From Phaeovulum sp. (GTDB taxonomy: Bacteria; Pseudomonadota; Alphaproteobacteria; Rhodobacterales; Rhodobacteraceae), in contig NZ_JBLJBV010000041.1 in assembly GCF_047638075.1 (NCBI RefSeq), forward strand, positions 4,560-68,559: a DNA stretch of 64,000 nt. The letters run 5' to 3'. The first letter of the stretch is position 1. Each line of letters begins with the position of its first letter. The position numbers and the translations under genes were made by a program. The notes beneath the pieces were generated by a model. That model searched no databases, was not told the origin of the DNA, and was given only the letters and a program-made list of their open reading frames with translations. Shown piece after piece: positions 17,724 to 27,929 of this stretch.

Positions 17724-19316
17724 TCACTTGCGTGAATCGGGGGCTGTATCGTCAATCCAGAGGTCTTCGTAATTCTGGATCGCAAGCTCGGTCGCGTTGG
17801 CCTGCAAACCGTGCAACCAGGGCTGATAGGCCATCACCGCCTTGTTATAGTTGAAAAACCAGCTTGGTGCCTCGTCTTGGACAATGTCATTGGCCTGACG
17901 CAACAGATCAAGTTTTTTGGCCTCGTCCGTCTCTGCCCCGGCTTCTTCAAACAACTTGTCGAAATCCGCATTGTTGAAGGCGTCATAGTTGCACGCGCTG
18001 CGCGAGGTTTTCGAATAAAAGCACTTCAGCGCCGTGTAGGGATCGGGCCCCGACACGTTCGACCACATGAACGACTGAAAGTCACCCGCAGGCACCACTT
18101 CGGCCAGAACCGAGGCCTCGACCGGCTTTGCCGTGGCGCGGATACCGGCCTTGTTCAGCATCGGGATGATCGCCTCAACGATGGTTATCCCCCAGCTTTC
18201 GTTCTGCGTTGCGGTGATTTCGATATCAACACCGTCCGGGTAGCCCGCATCGGCCAAAAGCTGCTTGGCCTTGTCGGGATCATAGGCGTAGGGCACCGCG
18301 TCCTTGTTATAGGCGGGCGATGAAATCGGCAGCCAGCCGGTGGCGCGGTAGGCCTTGTTCTTGACCAGCTTTTCAATGATCAGATCGGCGTTGATGGCAT
18401 GGTTGAACGCCTGCCGGACCTCTTTTTTCGAGAACGGCTCGTAATCGGGGTTAAAGCCGATATGGCGGGTATAAACCTCGGCTACCTCAAGGATGTGATC
18501 TTTCAGGTCAGCGTCGGCCTGATAGGCGACGTACTGCGTTGGCCCCAGCACCGAGGTGTCGATTTCCTTGTTGCGAAACGCAACATCGCGCGCCGAGGCA
18601 TCCTCCAGCAGGATGATGTTGACCTTGTCCAGATAGGGTTTACCCTCTTCGTAGAACTTGTCGAATTTCTTCACCGTGATCTTGGAACCGGGGATGTTTT
18701 CTTCAAACTCGAATGGCCCCAGACCAACCGGATGGATCAAGAAATCAGGGATATCGGCCATATCCTTGGGGTAGATCGCGGCGTTGGTGCGCATCAGGTC
18801 AAAGCCGGGGTCGGTGGGTTCGTCATAGCTGATCTGAAGGGTGTGATCGTCGATCTTCTTCAGGCCCTCGATATGATCGGCCTCGCCCTTGTTGAAGGCG
18901 TCAATGCCGACCACATGCGAAAGATAGCGCGCGCCGGGAAAGGCGTTCGACGGTTTGGCGATGCGTTCGTAGGAAAAGATGATGTCGTCGGCATCCATCG
19001 CGCGGCCATTGTGAAACAGGGCATTGTCGCGCAGCTTGTAAGTGAACACCTTGCGGTCATCCGATACTTCCACGTCGGTCGCAAGTTCCAGTTCCGGCTT
19101 GTTGGTGTCGGAATTCCAGTCGTAAAGGCTGCGGTGAATCGCCTTGGCGGGAAATTCGTCCTGCGTTGCGGGCGAGGTGTGAACATCAAGCGTGCCGAAA
19201 CTGGAGCCATAGGGCGCCACGAAATTCAGCGTGCCGCCGCTTTGCGGGTCATCCGCCCAAGCCACCGCCGATGTGCCAATCAGCATCAGGGCCGATAGTG
19301 TCAGGGATTTCATCAT
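17724..19316 (-). CDS. ABC transporter substrate-binding protein, family 5 (peptide/nickel)
   Basis: Signal peptide MMKSLTLSALMLIGTSAVAWA. About 530 aa with SBP_bac_5 blocks (TYKLRDNALFHNGRAMDADDIIFSYER). Confidence 0.9.
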   Translation of the reverse strand: MMKSLTLSALMLIGTSAVAWADDPQSGGTLNFVAPYGSSFGTLDVHTSPATQDEFPAKAIHRSLYDWNSDTNKPELELATDVEVSDDRKVFTYKLRDNALFHNGRAMDADDIIFSYERIAKPSNAFPGARYLSHVVGIDAFNKGEADHIEGLKKIDDHTLQISYDEPTDPGFDLMRTNAAIYPKDMADIPDFLIHPVGLGPFEFEENIPGSKITVKKFDKFYEEGKPYLDKVNIILLEDASARDVAFRNKEIDTSVLGPTQYVAYQADADLKDHILEVAEVYTRHIGFNPDYEPFSKKEVRQAFNHAINADLIIEKLVKNKAYRATGWLPISSPAYNKDAVPYAYDPDKAKQLLADAGYPDGVDIEITATQNESWGITIVEAIIPMLNKAGIRATAKPVEASVLAEVVPAGDFQSFMWSNVSGPDPYTALKCFYSKTSRSACNYDAFNNADFDKLFEEAGAETDEAKKLDLLRQANDIVQDEAPSWFFNYNKAVMAYQPWLHGLQANATELAIQNYEDLWIDDTAPDSRK

Positions 19317-19366
19317 TCGTCGTGTCCTCCGTGTTGAGTTTCATGCATTTGCTGCATGTTTGCCGT

Positions 19367-20998
19367 TCAAACCCCGGCTTGATAGACCACGCGCCCGCCC
19401 AGAATGGTCATGGCGCAATGGGTGTCATCTCGTATTTCTTCGGGCGTTGCCGTCAGCATGTTGCGCGAAAAAACCGCGATATCGGCCAGTTGCCCCGGCA
19501 CCAGACGGCCCTTCACCCCCTCGGCCTTTTGTGAAAACGCCGCGTATTCGGTATAGGCCTGCAACGCCTTGCCGATCGTCACGCATTGATCCGCATCCAT
19601 CACCGTGCCTTTCCAGGTCTTGCGCGTCAACATGCTGTAGATGTTCGGCCAGGGGTCGGGCTTGCAAACCGGGGCGTCGCTGCCGGTGGCGGGGTGAAAG
19701 CCCAGATCATCCCAGGTTTTCAGCGGATAGCTGGATCTTGAGCGTTCATCGCCAAGCACCGCGATGTAGCTGTCACCGAAATCATGGATGAAAACCTGCT
19801 GCGGGCAGGGGTAGATGCCTGCGGCCTTCATGCGCCTGTGGTGGGCATCGCTGGAAAAGCCGCAATGCTCGATCCGGTGGCGGCGGTCGGGGTCGGGCTC
19901 GGCGGTCAGTGCGGCCTCATAAGCGCCGATCAACTGCCCGATGGCCGCATCACCGATGGCATGGCAGGCCAGTTGATAGCCCATCGAATGGTATTTCTGC
20001 ACAAGGTGGTTCAGCTCATTATCCTGAAGGATCTGCACGCCGGTCGTGGCATCGTCCCCCAAATAGGGCGCGCTCATCCACGCCGTGCGCCCCCCGGCGG
20101 ACCCGTCAAGAAAGATCTTTACCGCGCCAACCCGCAGCATATCATCGCCCACGCCCGACACCAGCCCCGCCTCGTGGCACTGTTCCACGATGGATTTGTC
20201 CGGATCGCCCAAAAGCACCTGCCAGACCCGGACGGGAAGCCGCCCGTCACGCTTGGCCAGATGATAGGCGCGGATTTCGTCAAACCCGGCCCCCATGCCC
20301 ACCGCCGCATCCATGCAAGAGGTGATCCCCTGCGACAAAAGGTAATTGCCCGCGCGTTCCGCTGCATCCATCAGATCGTCAATCGTCGGCGTGGGGGGCG
20401 CGGCGCGCAACAGCCCTTGGGCGTTTTCCGCCAAAAGCCCGGTCAAGCGACCATCGACCTTTTCGATCACCCCGCCCGCAGGCACCGGCGTATTCTCATC
20501 AATCCCGGCCAGCTTTAGCGCCATCGAATTGCCCAGCGAAACATGGCCGCAGGCCCGCACCAGCAACACCGGATGATCCGGCACCGCCGCATCCAGTTCG
20601 CTGCGGTCGGGGTGGCGCCCGGTGTCCAGCTTGACCTGATCATAACCGCGCGCCATCACCCAACCGCCCTTGGGCGTCGTGGCGGCCCTGTCGCGCAGCT
20701 TTTGCAAAAGCGCCGCCAGCGTGGGTGCGGAACCGGGGCTGGCATCAACCCATTGCATTGTTTGGCCCAGTGGCATCAGATGCAGATGCGCGTCATTCAA
20801 CCCCGGGGTCGCAAACTGCCCCTGCAAATCAATGACCTCAGTTTGCGGCCCGCGCAATTCCATCATCCGGGCGTCAGTGCCGGTCGCCAGTATCCGCCCC
20901 TGCCAGATTGCCACCGCCTCGCATAGCCCATCATCAAACCCGCACCAGAACACACCATTATACATGATCATATCGGCTTGGCACGGGGATGCAGACAT
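19367..20998 (-). CDS. Amidohydrolase family protein (Amidohydro_3, YtcJ-like metal-dependent hydrolase)
   Basis: ADMIMYNGVFW N-terminus, metal ligands GLNDAHLHL, CHAIGDAA and RIEHC, and C-terminal ILGGRVVYQ. The start is set at MSASPCQ (cat at 20996-20998). Confidence 0.85.
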   Translation of the reverse strand: MSASPCQADMIMYNGVFWCGFDDGLCEAVAIWQGRILATGTDARMMELRGPQTEVIDLQGQFATPGLNDAHLHLMPLGQTMQWVDASPGSAPTLAALLQKLRDRAATTPKGGWVMARGYDQVKLDTGRHPDRSELDAAVPDHPVLLVRACGHVSLGNSMALKLAGIDENTPVPAGGVIEKVDGRLTGLLAENAQGLLRAAPPTPTIDDLMDAAERAGNYLLSQGITSCMDAAVGMGAGFDEIRAYHLAKRDGRLPVRVWQVLLGDPDKSIVEQCHEAGLVSGVGDDMLRVGAVKIFLDGSAGGRTAWMSAPYLGDDATTGVQILQDNELNHLVQKYHSMGYQLACHAIGDAAIGQLIGAYEAALTAEPDPDRRHRIEHCGFSSDAHHRRMKAAGIYPCPQQVFIHDFGDSYIAVLGDERSRSSYPLKTWDDLGFHPATGSDAPVCKPDPWPNIYSMLTRKTWKGTVMDADQCVTIGKALQAYTEYAAFSQKAEGVKGRLVPGQLADIAVFSRNMLTATPEEIRDDTHCAMTILGGRVVYQAGV

Positions 20999-21039
20999 CG
21001 GATTCGGACCTCTGGATTCAGGTTCAGGCGCCCCGATCC

Positions 21040-21087
21040 TTGACCAGAAAATTCTCAATATCAAATACAAACTTGACCAATATCAAA
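21040..21087. promoter_or_regulatory. Direct-repeat motif in the divergent amidohydrolase/DmpA promoter region
   Basis: TTGACCA (21040-21046) and CAATATCAAA (21056-21065) recur as TTGACCA (21073-21079) and CAATATCAAA (21078-21087). They sit in an AT-rich 130-bp divergent intergenic region. Confidence 0.35.
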
Positions 21088-21128
21088 AACATATGAAACC
21101 AAGGCGTACGATGGAGGGGGCCGATAAG

Positions 21129-22121
21129 ATGACAAAGACCAACCGCAAGCGGCTGCGCGCGCATGGCATTTCGCCGGGGCATTACCCCCCTGGGCCACTG
21201 AACGCGATCACCGATGTGGCGGGCGTTCTGGTTGGCCATTGCACCCTGTCAGAGGGGGCGCGCACCCGCACCGGGGCCACCGCCATCCTGCCCCACGGCG
21301 GCAATATCTTTCAAGACAAGGTGCCAGCGGCGTTGGCGGTGCTGAACGGGTTTGGCAAATTTGCCGGGGCAACGCAGATCACCGAGCTGGGCGAGATTGA
21401 GACCCCCATCTTGCTGACCAACACCCTGGCCACCGGCCGCGCGATCGAGGCGATAATCGCCCACACGCTGGCACAAAAGGGAAACGAGCATGCCGTTTCC
21501 ATCAATGCCGTGGTCGGTGAAACCAACGATTCCGGGCTGAACGACATTCGCGCCCCCCGCCCGTCGGTTGCCGAAATGCGCCTAGCGCTGGAGGTTGCCA
21601 CCTCTGGCGCGGTGGCCGAAGGGGGCGTTGGCGCCGGGACCGGCACCATCGCCTTTGGGCTGAAGGGCGGCATCGGCACCGCCTCGCGCCGCGTCGGCGG
21701 CTGGACGCTGGGCGTGCTGGTGCAAAGCAATTACGGCGGGCATCTTCTGGTTGAGGGTCGCCCCGTGCCCAAGGGCGTGCCCGACCATGACGCCGATGGC
21801 TCTATCGTCATCGTCATCGCAACTGACGCGCCGCTTTGCCCGCGCAACCTTGAACGGCTGGCGCGGCGCGGCTTTGGCGGGCTGGCGCGCACGGGGGCGG
21901 CACTAAGCAACGGCTCGGGGGATTATGCGCTGGCGTTTTCAACCAACCGCAACGATGCGCGGCTGGCCAACGATGCCATGTCACCCCTGTTCGAGGCGGC
22001 GATAGAAACCACCCAAGAGGCAATCCTCAATTCCCTGACCATGGCCGTGGATACCGCTGGCTACAACGCGGCAACCAACACGCCCGCACGGGTGTGCGCG
22101 CTGCGGTTGGGGGGTGCTTGA
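21129..22121 (+). CDS. P1/S58 family peptidase (DmpA / BapA-type aminopeptidase)
   Basis: NAITDVAGVLVGHCTL, GETNDSGLND and GTGTIAFGLKGGIGTASR, followed by the self-processing-type GS region. ATG at 21129 is preceded by GGAGGGGG. Confidence 0.85.
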   Translation: MTKTNRKRLRAHGISPGHYPPGPLNAITDVAGVLVGHCTLSEGARTRTGATAILPHGGNIFQDKVPAALAVLNGFGKFAGATQITELGEIETPILLTNTLATGRAIEAIIAHTLAQKGNEHAVSINAVVGETNDSGLNDIRAPRPSVAEMRLALEVATSGAVAEGGVGAGTGTIAFGLKGGIGTASRRVGGWTLGVLVQSNYGGHLLVEGRPVPKGVPDHDADGSIVIVIATDAPLCPRNLERLARRGFGGLARTGAALSNGSGDYALAFSTNRNDARLANDAMSPLFEAAIETTQEAILNSLTMAVDTAGYNAATNTPARVCALRLGGA

Positions 22122-22148
22122 TCAACACCTGACTTCTGCCCGATCCGG

Positions 22149-22850
22149 TTACCTTGCGGCCAGGTCGGCACGGTCAAGCGTTGCCTGAATGCGGCCACCC
22201 TGCATTCTGATTGCGCGGTCGCACATATGCCCGATCACCCCCGGATCGTGGCTGACCAACACGAAAGTCATGTTGTGCGAAGCCTTAAGATCGTTCAACA
22301 GGTTCAGGATTTCAGCCTGAATCGAGACGTCAAGCGCCGAGGTCGGTTCATCCAGCAGTACCAGCCGCGGCTTGAGAAGCAATCCGCGCGCAATCGCAAT
22401 GCGTTGCCGCTGACCCCCCGATAACTGGTGTGGATAGCGCTGCGCGATCTGCGCCGGCAGCCCCACTTCGTCCAACGCTTTTGCAACCTTCGCCGCGATC
22501 CCCTCCACCCGGCGAACAACCAGCGGCTCGCCCAGAATCCGGGCAACCCGGTGACGTGGATGAAGCGCGGAATACGGGTCTTGAAACACCATCTGTATAT
22601 CATCGCGCAAAGGGCCGGTGATCTTGTGCCCCGGGCGCAGGGGCTCTGCCCCCAGCCGGATCGTGCCGGTCCAATCGGTGTTCAGCCCCCCCACAGCCCG
22701 CAAAACGGTTGTCTTGCCGCAACCCGAAGGGCCGATCAGGCCAAAGGTTTCACCTTCCTGAACGCAAAAGCTGACATCCTGCACCACACGGCGAAACTCA
22801 TTTTCGATCCCGAAGGAAATATTCAGGTTCTCAACGTGCAACAGGCTCAT
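22149..22850 (-). CDS. ABC transporter ATP-binding protein (short, peptide-type)
   Basis: GPSGCGKTT, LSGGQRQRIAIARGL and LLDEPTSALD. At 233 aa it lacks the oligopeptide C-terminal domain. Confidence 0.9.
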   Translation of the reverse strand: MSLLHVENLNISFGIENEFRRVVQDVSFCVQEGETFGLIGPSGCGKTTVLRAVGGLNTDWTGTIRLGAEPLRPGHKITGPLRDDIQMVFQDPYSALHPRHRVARILGEPLVVRRVEGIAAKVAKALDEVGLPAQIAQRYPHQLSGGQRQRIAIARGLLLKPRLVLLDEPTSALDVSIQAEILNLLNDLKASHNMTFVLVSHDPGVIGHMCDRAIRMQGGRIQATLDRADLAAR

Positions 22851-23680
22851 CTGCGCCCCTCTTCACGGTCAATGACCGGCAGCTTCGTGCCATAGGTCCG
22901 CGCCGAGGGTCGGGCCCGCCACAGCGCCGACGTATAAGAGTTTTCAGAGCGCCCCAAATTCTTTGCGGCGATCTGATCGACGATCCGCCCCCCACGCATT
23001 ACCAACACACGGTCCGCATAATCTGCGACCTGTTGCAGATCGTGACTGATCAGCAGCAACCCCATGCCCATTTCGCGCGTCAAGGATCGCATCAGATCCA
23101 GCACCTGCACTTGCAGATCACGATCCAGCGCCGATGTCGCCTCATCCGCGATCAGCAATCTGGGTTCGTTGATCAACATCGCGGCAATCATCACCCGTTG
23201 CCCCATCCCCCCCGACAAGGCGCCGGGGCGGCTGCGGTAAACCCATTCAGGATCCGGCAGACCCACCTTTTCAAGCATCGAAATCGCGCGGGCGCGCCGC
23301 TGCGCTGCGGGCAGGCGCGTGTGCAAAAACAGGCTTTCCTCAACCTGCCGTCCGATCCGCAGCGCCGGGTTGAGCGAATATTTTGGGTCCTGCAAGATCA
23401 GGCCAAGCCCGTTCCCGCGCAGGCCGCGCCATTCACGGGGGCCGATCCGCGTCAGATCGCGCCCTTCGAAACACAGCCGATCAGCGGTTATGCGCGCGCG
23501 GTCCGGCAGCAGCCCCATCACCGCGCGCCCGGTCATCGACTTGCCTGAACCGGACTCGCCTACCAGGGCGACAATCTCGCGCCCGACGGTAAACGAAACC
23601 CCGTCAACCACCGCCACAAATCCCTTTTCAGAGGGAAACGCCACCCGCAGCCCTGCAACATCCAAAAGGGGCTCAGTCAT
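22847..23680 (-). CDS. ABC transporter ATP-binding protein (peptide-type)
   Basis: [23 protein letters not shown] and LIADEATSALD. The start at MTEPLLDV (cat at 23678-23680) overlaps the permease stop (ATGACTGA). Confidence 0.85.
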   Translation of the reverse strand: MTEPLLDVAGLRVAFPSEKGFVAVVDGVSFTVGREIVALVGESGSGKSMTGRAVMGLLPDRARITADRLCFEGRDLTRIGPREWRGLRGNGLGLILQDPKYSLNPALRIGRQVEESLFLHTRLPAAQRRARAISMLEKVGLPDPEWVYRSRPGALSGGMGQRVMIAAMLINEPRLLIADEATSALDRDLQVQVLDLMRSLTREMGMGLLLISHDLQQVADYADRVLVMRGGRIVDQIAAKNLGRSENSYTSALWRARPSARTYGTKLPVIDREEGRR

Positions 23681-24539
23681 GGCGTGGGTCAAGGATATCG
23701 CGCAGACCATCGGCCAGCAGGTTAAAGGAAAGGCTGGTCAGGAAAATCGCCCCCCCCGGCGCGGCGGCGATCCACCATTGATCAAAAATCACCTGCGTTC
23801 CCTCGGCCACCATCGAACCCCATTCTGCGGTTGGCGGCCGCACCCCCAACCCCAGAAAGCCAAGCCCCGCCGCGGCAAGGATGATCCCGCTCATATCCAG
23901 CGCAAGCCGCACGATCGCAGAAGGAAGAACCATCGGCAGGACATGCCCCCACAGCAGGCGATTACCGCGGATACCAACCATTTCCGCGGCCGCAAGGTAA
24001 TCTTTCTGCCGAAGCGCCATGGTCTCTATCCGGGCCTGGCGCGCATAGGCAGGCCAGCTTGTCAGCGCCAACGCCAACGCGCCATTCAACAGCCCCGGCC
24101 CGATGATCGCCACAAAGGCAAACGCCAGCACAAGGCGCGGAAAAGACATCGTAATATCCGTAAGGCGCATCAGGATGCGCTGGATCAGACCCCCGAAATA
24201 CCCGGCAAGAACCCCCACCAGCAGCCCGATAGGCGCCATCAGCAACACCACTGACAGCAGCAGCAGCATCGTGGGCCGCGCCCCCCACACGATCCGCGAA
24301 AGAATATCGCGGCCAAAACCATCCGTTCCCAGCCAATGAACCGGCCCCGGCGGTGCAAGCCGGTTGGCCGTGTCCTGAAGGTTCGGGTCAAAAGGCGAAA
24401 GTACCGGCGCAAGGATCGCGATCAAAATGACAAGGGTCACACCGGCCACGCCAAGACAGGCCGACGGCGACCGGCCCAGTTTGCGCAGCCCAAGACGCAG
24501 GCCCGATTGTTCCGGGGTGGTGACTATGGCGGTGGTCAT
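23673..24539 (-). CDS. ABC transporter permease (DppC type)
   Basis: Six TM helices and an EAA loop YLAAAEMVGIRGNRLLWGHVLP. Confidence 0.85.
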   Translation of the reverse strand: MTTAIVTTPEQSGLRLGLRKLGRSPSACLGVAGVTLVILIAILAPVLSPFDPNLQDTANRLAPPGPVHWLGTDGFGRDILSRIVWGARPTMLLLLSVVLLMAPIGLLVGVLAGYFGGLIQRILMRLTDITMSFPRLVLAFAFVAIIGPGLLNGALALALTSWPAYARQARIETMALRQKDYLAAAEMVGIRGNRLLWGHVLPMVLPSAIVRLALDMSGIILAAAGLGFLGLGVRPPTAEWGSMVAEGTQVIFDQWWIAAAPGGAIFLTSLSFNLLADGLRDILDPRHD

Positions 24540-25600
24540 ACACCCCCCGAACGTTCAGCCAGCAGGTCCGTGAAGGTATTGAGAAGAATGAACGACAAAC
24601 CAATCACCAGCGTCCCCCCAAGAATGGCCGGCGTGTCCCCCGAAAACATCGCCACCGTCAGATACCGCCCGATTCCGGGCCAGGCAAAGACGGTTTCCGT
24701 CAGGACCGCGCCTTCAAGAAGGCTCGCATAGCTTAACGCAACGATGGTGATAAGCTGCCCAGAGATATTTGGCAAAATATGCACAAAGACCACCCGCGTG
24801 ATCGACGCGCCGCGCGCCTGCGCGGTCAGGGTGTATTCCTGCCCGCGTTCAGCCAGGATCAACGCACGCGTCAGGCGCGCAATCCCCGACAAGGCATAAA
24901 TCGCCAGAACCGTCGCCGGCAGGACAAGATGCGCCACCGCGCTGCGAAAGGCGCCCGGCTTGCCTGACATCCAGGTATCTATCAGCATGAAACCGGTTTG
25001 CGGTTTCACCGTATACTGGAACAGAACATCCAGCCGCCCCGGCCCCGAGGCCCATTGCAGCCGCGCATAAAAGAACAGCAAAAACAGCAGCCCCAGCCAA
25101 AAGATCGGCATCGAAAACCCGATCAGCGAGGCCACGCGCGCCACCGCGTCAACCACGCCCCCCGGCCGAATTCCCGACACGATCCCCAGCAGCAGCCCAA
25201 GGCTGGCGCCGATCACGATGGCAACCGTCGCAAGCTCGATCGTGGCGGGAAAGGTGCGCGCGATATCGGACGACACCGGTTGCCCGGTCGAAATCGAACG
25301 GCCAAGGTTTCCGGTCAGCGCCTTGGCCGCATAAATCCCGAATTGCACCGGCCATGCCCGGTCCAGCCCCAGCTCTTCGCGCGCGGCAAGATAGGTCGAC
25401 TCGCTCGCGTGATCGCCCACCATCTGGAGCGCGGGGTCCACCGGCGAAAGCCGCGTCATGGCAAAGGTCGCCACCGTCAGCCCCAGCACGGTCAACGCCA
25501 CGCCCAGGGCCCAGTGCAGCCCGCCCCGAAAAATGCGCGCCCTGCGTTGGGCCGCAACGCGACGCGGGGCGGGGCTGTTTTCCGGGGCGGCGGTTGGCAC
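24536..25600 (-). CDS. ABC transporter permease (DppB type)
   Basis: The BPD_transp_1 loop reads YTLTAQARGASITRVVFVHILPN. It uses a GTG start immediately after the binding-protein stop. The N-terminal ~35 aa extension is uncertain. Confidence 0.8.
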   Translation of the reverse strand: MPTAAPENSPAPRRVAAQRRARIFRGGLHWALGVALTVLGLTVATFAMTRLSPVDPALQMVGDHASESTYLAAREELGLDRAWPVQFGIYAAKALTGNLGRSISTGQPVSSDIARTFPATIELATVAIVIGASLGLLLGIVSGIRPGGVVDAVARVASLIGFSMPIFWLGLLFLLFFYARLQWASGPGRLDVLFQYTVKPQTGFMLIDTWMSGKPGAFRSAVAHLVLPATVLAIYALSGIARLTRALILAERGQEYTLTAQARGASITRVVFVHILPNISGQLITIVALSYASLLEGAVLTETVFAWPGIGRYLTVAMFSGDTPAILGGTLVIGLSFILLNTFTDLLAERSGGV

Positions 25601-27193
25601 TTACTTTTCGACCATATCGTAATAAACCTGATCGGCGTTCAGACCCTGTTTGTAGCCTTTGATGTTATCGCCCAGCACCACCTGATCGTTCCCTTGAAAC
25701 ATGAACACATAGGGTGAACTGTCCTGCACCTTCTTTTGCAGGTCCGCATATAGCGCGGCGCGCTTGGCGGGGTCTTGCTCTTTCACGGCGGCAAGTGTTT
25801 CATCAGAAAGCTCGGGGATCAGCCAACCCGCCTGTTTGGCCACGGTGCTTGCAGTGTTGTCCTTGTTGAGGGCAAAGGCGCTCGCGTTCGAGTGCGGGTC
25901 GAAATAATCAGGGATCCAGTAGCGCAGCGTGATTTGATAATCACCGCTGCGCCCCTTGGCATAGATGTCCGAGGCCACACCGGGCTGAATATCAAGATCA
26001 ATCCCCGCCTCGGCAAAGGTTGATTGCAACGATTGCGCGATTGCCATGAAGGGTTGATCCTTGAACACCGGAAACTCTATCTTGAACGGCGTCTCGATGC
26101 CCGCATCGGCCAGAATCTTGCGCGCCTTTTCAACATCCAGCGTGTAGGGGTTTTCGGTCACTGCCCCCGGAAAGCCTACCGGTAGAAATGCCTGATGAAC
26201 CACCGACTGGCCGCGCAACAGGTTGTTGGCGATCCCGTCATAATCAATCAGATAGCGCGCCGCCAACCAAAAGGCGGGGTTGCCAAGCGTCGCATTGGCC
26301 TGCGAATTGATCAGCAGATAATCGGTTCGCGCCGACGGGATCGACAAAACCGTGACCCCCTCTACCTTTTTAAGCGCCTCGATCTGGTCCGCTGATAGCC
26401 CCCGCGCGATGTCGGCGTCATGCTGTTCAACCAACAGCCGCCGCGCCCCGGCATCGGGGACGTTTTGCAAGATCACCGTTTCCAGCTTTGGCGCCCCGGC
26501 CGGTGACGCCGGATTGGCATTCAGCACCAGGGCCTCATGCGGGATGTAAGAGGCGATGGTATAGGGGCCGCTGCCTGCGGAATGCGTGCGCAGCCAATCG
26601 TTGCCAAAATCATCATCCTTGGCATGTTCCAAGACCGTTTGCGCATCTATGATGGACGAAATCGGCGCGGTCAGGATTGACAGCGCAAAAGACGGCCCGA
26701 CATCGGCGCTCCAGCTTAGTTTCACATGGCTGTCATCAAGTTTCTCAATCGCCTGATCGACGCTTTGCGCCGTCCAGCCCAGTTCGTTCAGAATGAACGC
26801 AGGTGATTTGTTAAGCTTGACGGCGCGCGCAAGCGAAAAGATCACATCCTCGGGGCGCACCGGGTTCCCCGAGGCAAAGGTGGCCCCCGGCCTGAGCGCC
26901 AACGTCAGGCTGTGCCCGTCCTCACCGATTTCCCAGCTTTCCGCCAGCGCCGGATTGATTTTCGTTCCATCGTCGCGGTCGGGTTCCACCAAACGCTGAT
27001 AAAGGCTGTTGAACGATTGGACGGTTGTCAGCTCAAACCCTTCGGCCGGGTCAAAACTGACGGCATCATCAATGGATTGCGCCACGATCAGCGCATCGGG
27101 CGGCGTTTCGGCCATCGCAACCGGCGCAACAATCGCCATTGACAGGCCCAGAACACTGCCAAGCAACCGGGTTTTGGTGAGAGTCATCAGCAT
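25601..27193 (-). CDS. ABC transporter substrate-binding protein, family 5
   Basis: Signal peptide MLMTLTKTRLLGSVLGLSMAIVAPVAMA, with AGGAGA 5 nt upstream of the ATG at 27193. SBP_bac_5-like blocks. Confidence 0.85.
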   Translation of the reverse strand: MLMTLTKTRLLGSVLGLSMAIVAPVAMAETPPDALIVAQSIDDAVSFDPAEGFELTTVQSFNSLYQRLVEPDRDDGTKINPALAESWEIGEDGHSLTLALRPGATFASGNPVRPEDVIFSLARAVKLNKSPAFILNELGWTAQSVDQAIEKLDDSHVKLSWSADVGPSFALSILTAPISSIIDAQTVLEHAKDDDFGNDWLRTHSAGSGPYTIASYIPHEALVLNANPASPAGAPKLETVILQNVPDAGARRLLVEQHDADIARGLSADQIEALKKVEGVTVLSIPSARTDYLLINSQANATLGNPAFWLAARYLIDYDGIANNLLRGQSVVHQAFLPVGFPGAVTENPYTLDVEKARKILADAGIETPFKIEFPVFKDQPFMAIAQSLQSTFAEAGIDLDIQPGVASDIYAKGRSGDYQITLRYWIPDYFDPHSNASAFALNKDNTASTVAKQAGWLIPELSDETLAAVKEQDPAKRAALYADLQKKVQDSSPYVFMFQGNDQVVLGDNIKGYKQGLNADQVYYDMVEK

Positions 27194-27353
27194 TCTGATC
27201 TCCTGCAAGAATAAGGGCATCTTCGTCCAACGCCTGATACGCAGAACAAGGCCTCAGTTCCACACCGTAAATTCAAGAGTCGCAAGGGTCAATTCGCGCC
27301 ACGGCACAGCCGCGGGCTTTTACGGCCAGAGGCCGGGGGCGTTGCGGTGGTAC

Positions 27354-27803
27354 TCATGGCGCTGGTCTATGGTCACGCGCCGCGACGATCGCCCCGAATT
27401 GCTGCGGCTGGATGATCAGATCGGCAAGCGTGTGGCGATCCATGACCGCCATAAAGGCGCCCAATGCCTCGGTGACGATCGCGGGCAAACGGCAAAACGG
27501 CAGGATCACACACCCGCTTGCGGGCGCGAGGCACTCGACCATCTCAAAATCCGGCTCGGTCAGGCGCAACACATCACCCAGACGTATTTCCTCGGGGGGC
27601 AGGCCCAGCGTGAACCCACCGCTGCGGCCCCGCTGCGACCGCAAGATCCCGGCACGGGCCAACACACCGATGATCTTCATCAGGTGCCCGCGCGAAATAT
27701 CATAGATTTCGCGGGTCTCGTCGATCGTTACCAGCCGGTCACGATGCGCCGCCGCAAAAACAAGCACCCGCAACGCGTAATCCGACATCACCGTCAGTCT
27801 CAT
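27354..27803 (-). CDS. Rrf2 family transcriptional regulator (NsrR/IscR-like)
   Basis: MRLTVMSDYALRVLVFAA and SRGHLMKIIGVLARAGILRSQRGRSGGFTLG. Three Cys occur in the C-terminal half (CLAPASGCVILPFC), compatible with Fe-S ligation. Confidence 0.85.
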   Translation of the reverse strand: MRLTVMSDYALRVLVFAAAHRDRLVTIDETREIYDISRGHLMKIIGVLARAGILRSQRGRSGGFTLGLPPEEIRLGDVLRLTEPDFEMVECLAPASGCVILPFCRLPAIVTEALGAFMAVMDRHTLADLIIQPQQFGAIVAARDHRPAP

Positions 27804-27929
27804 ATCTTTCCCCACTCAGATCTGCTGCGCACGCCAATTTGATGGTTTCTTACATACGATCTTAAAAAGAATATTGATAATGTTTTATTTAGAGCGTAGC
27901 GATAGATCATCAAGAAAGAGGTGATACCC

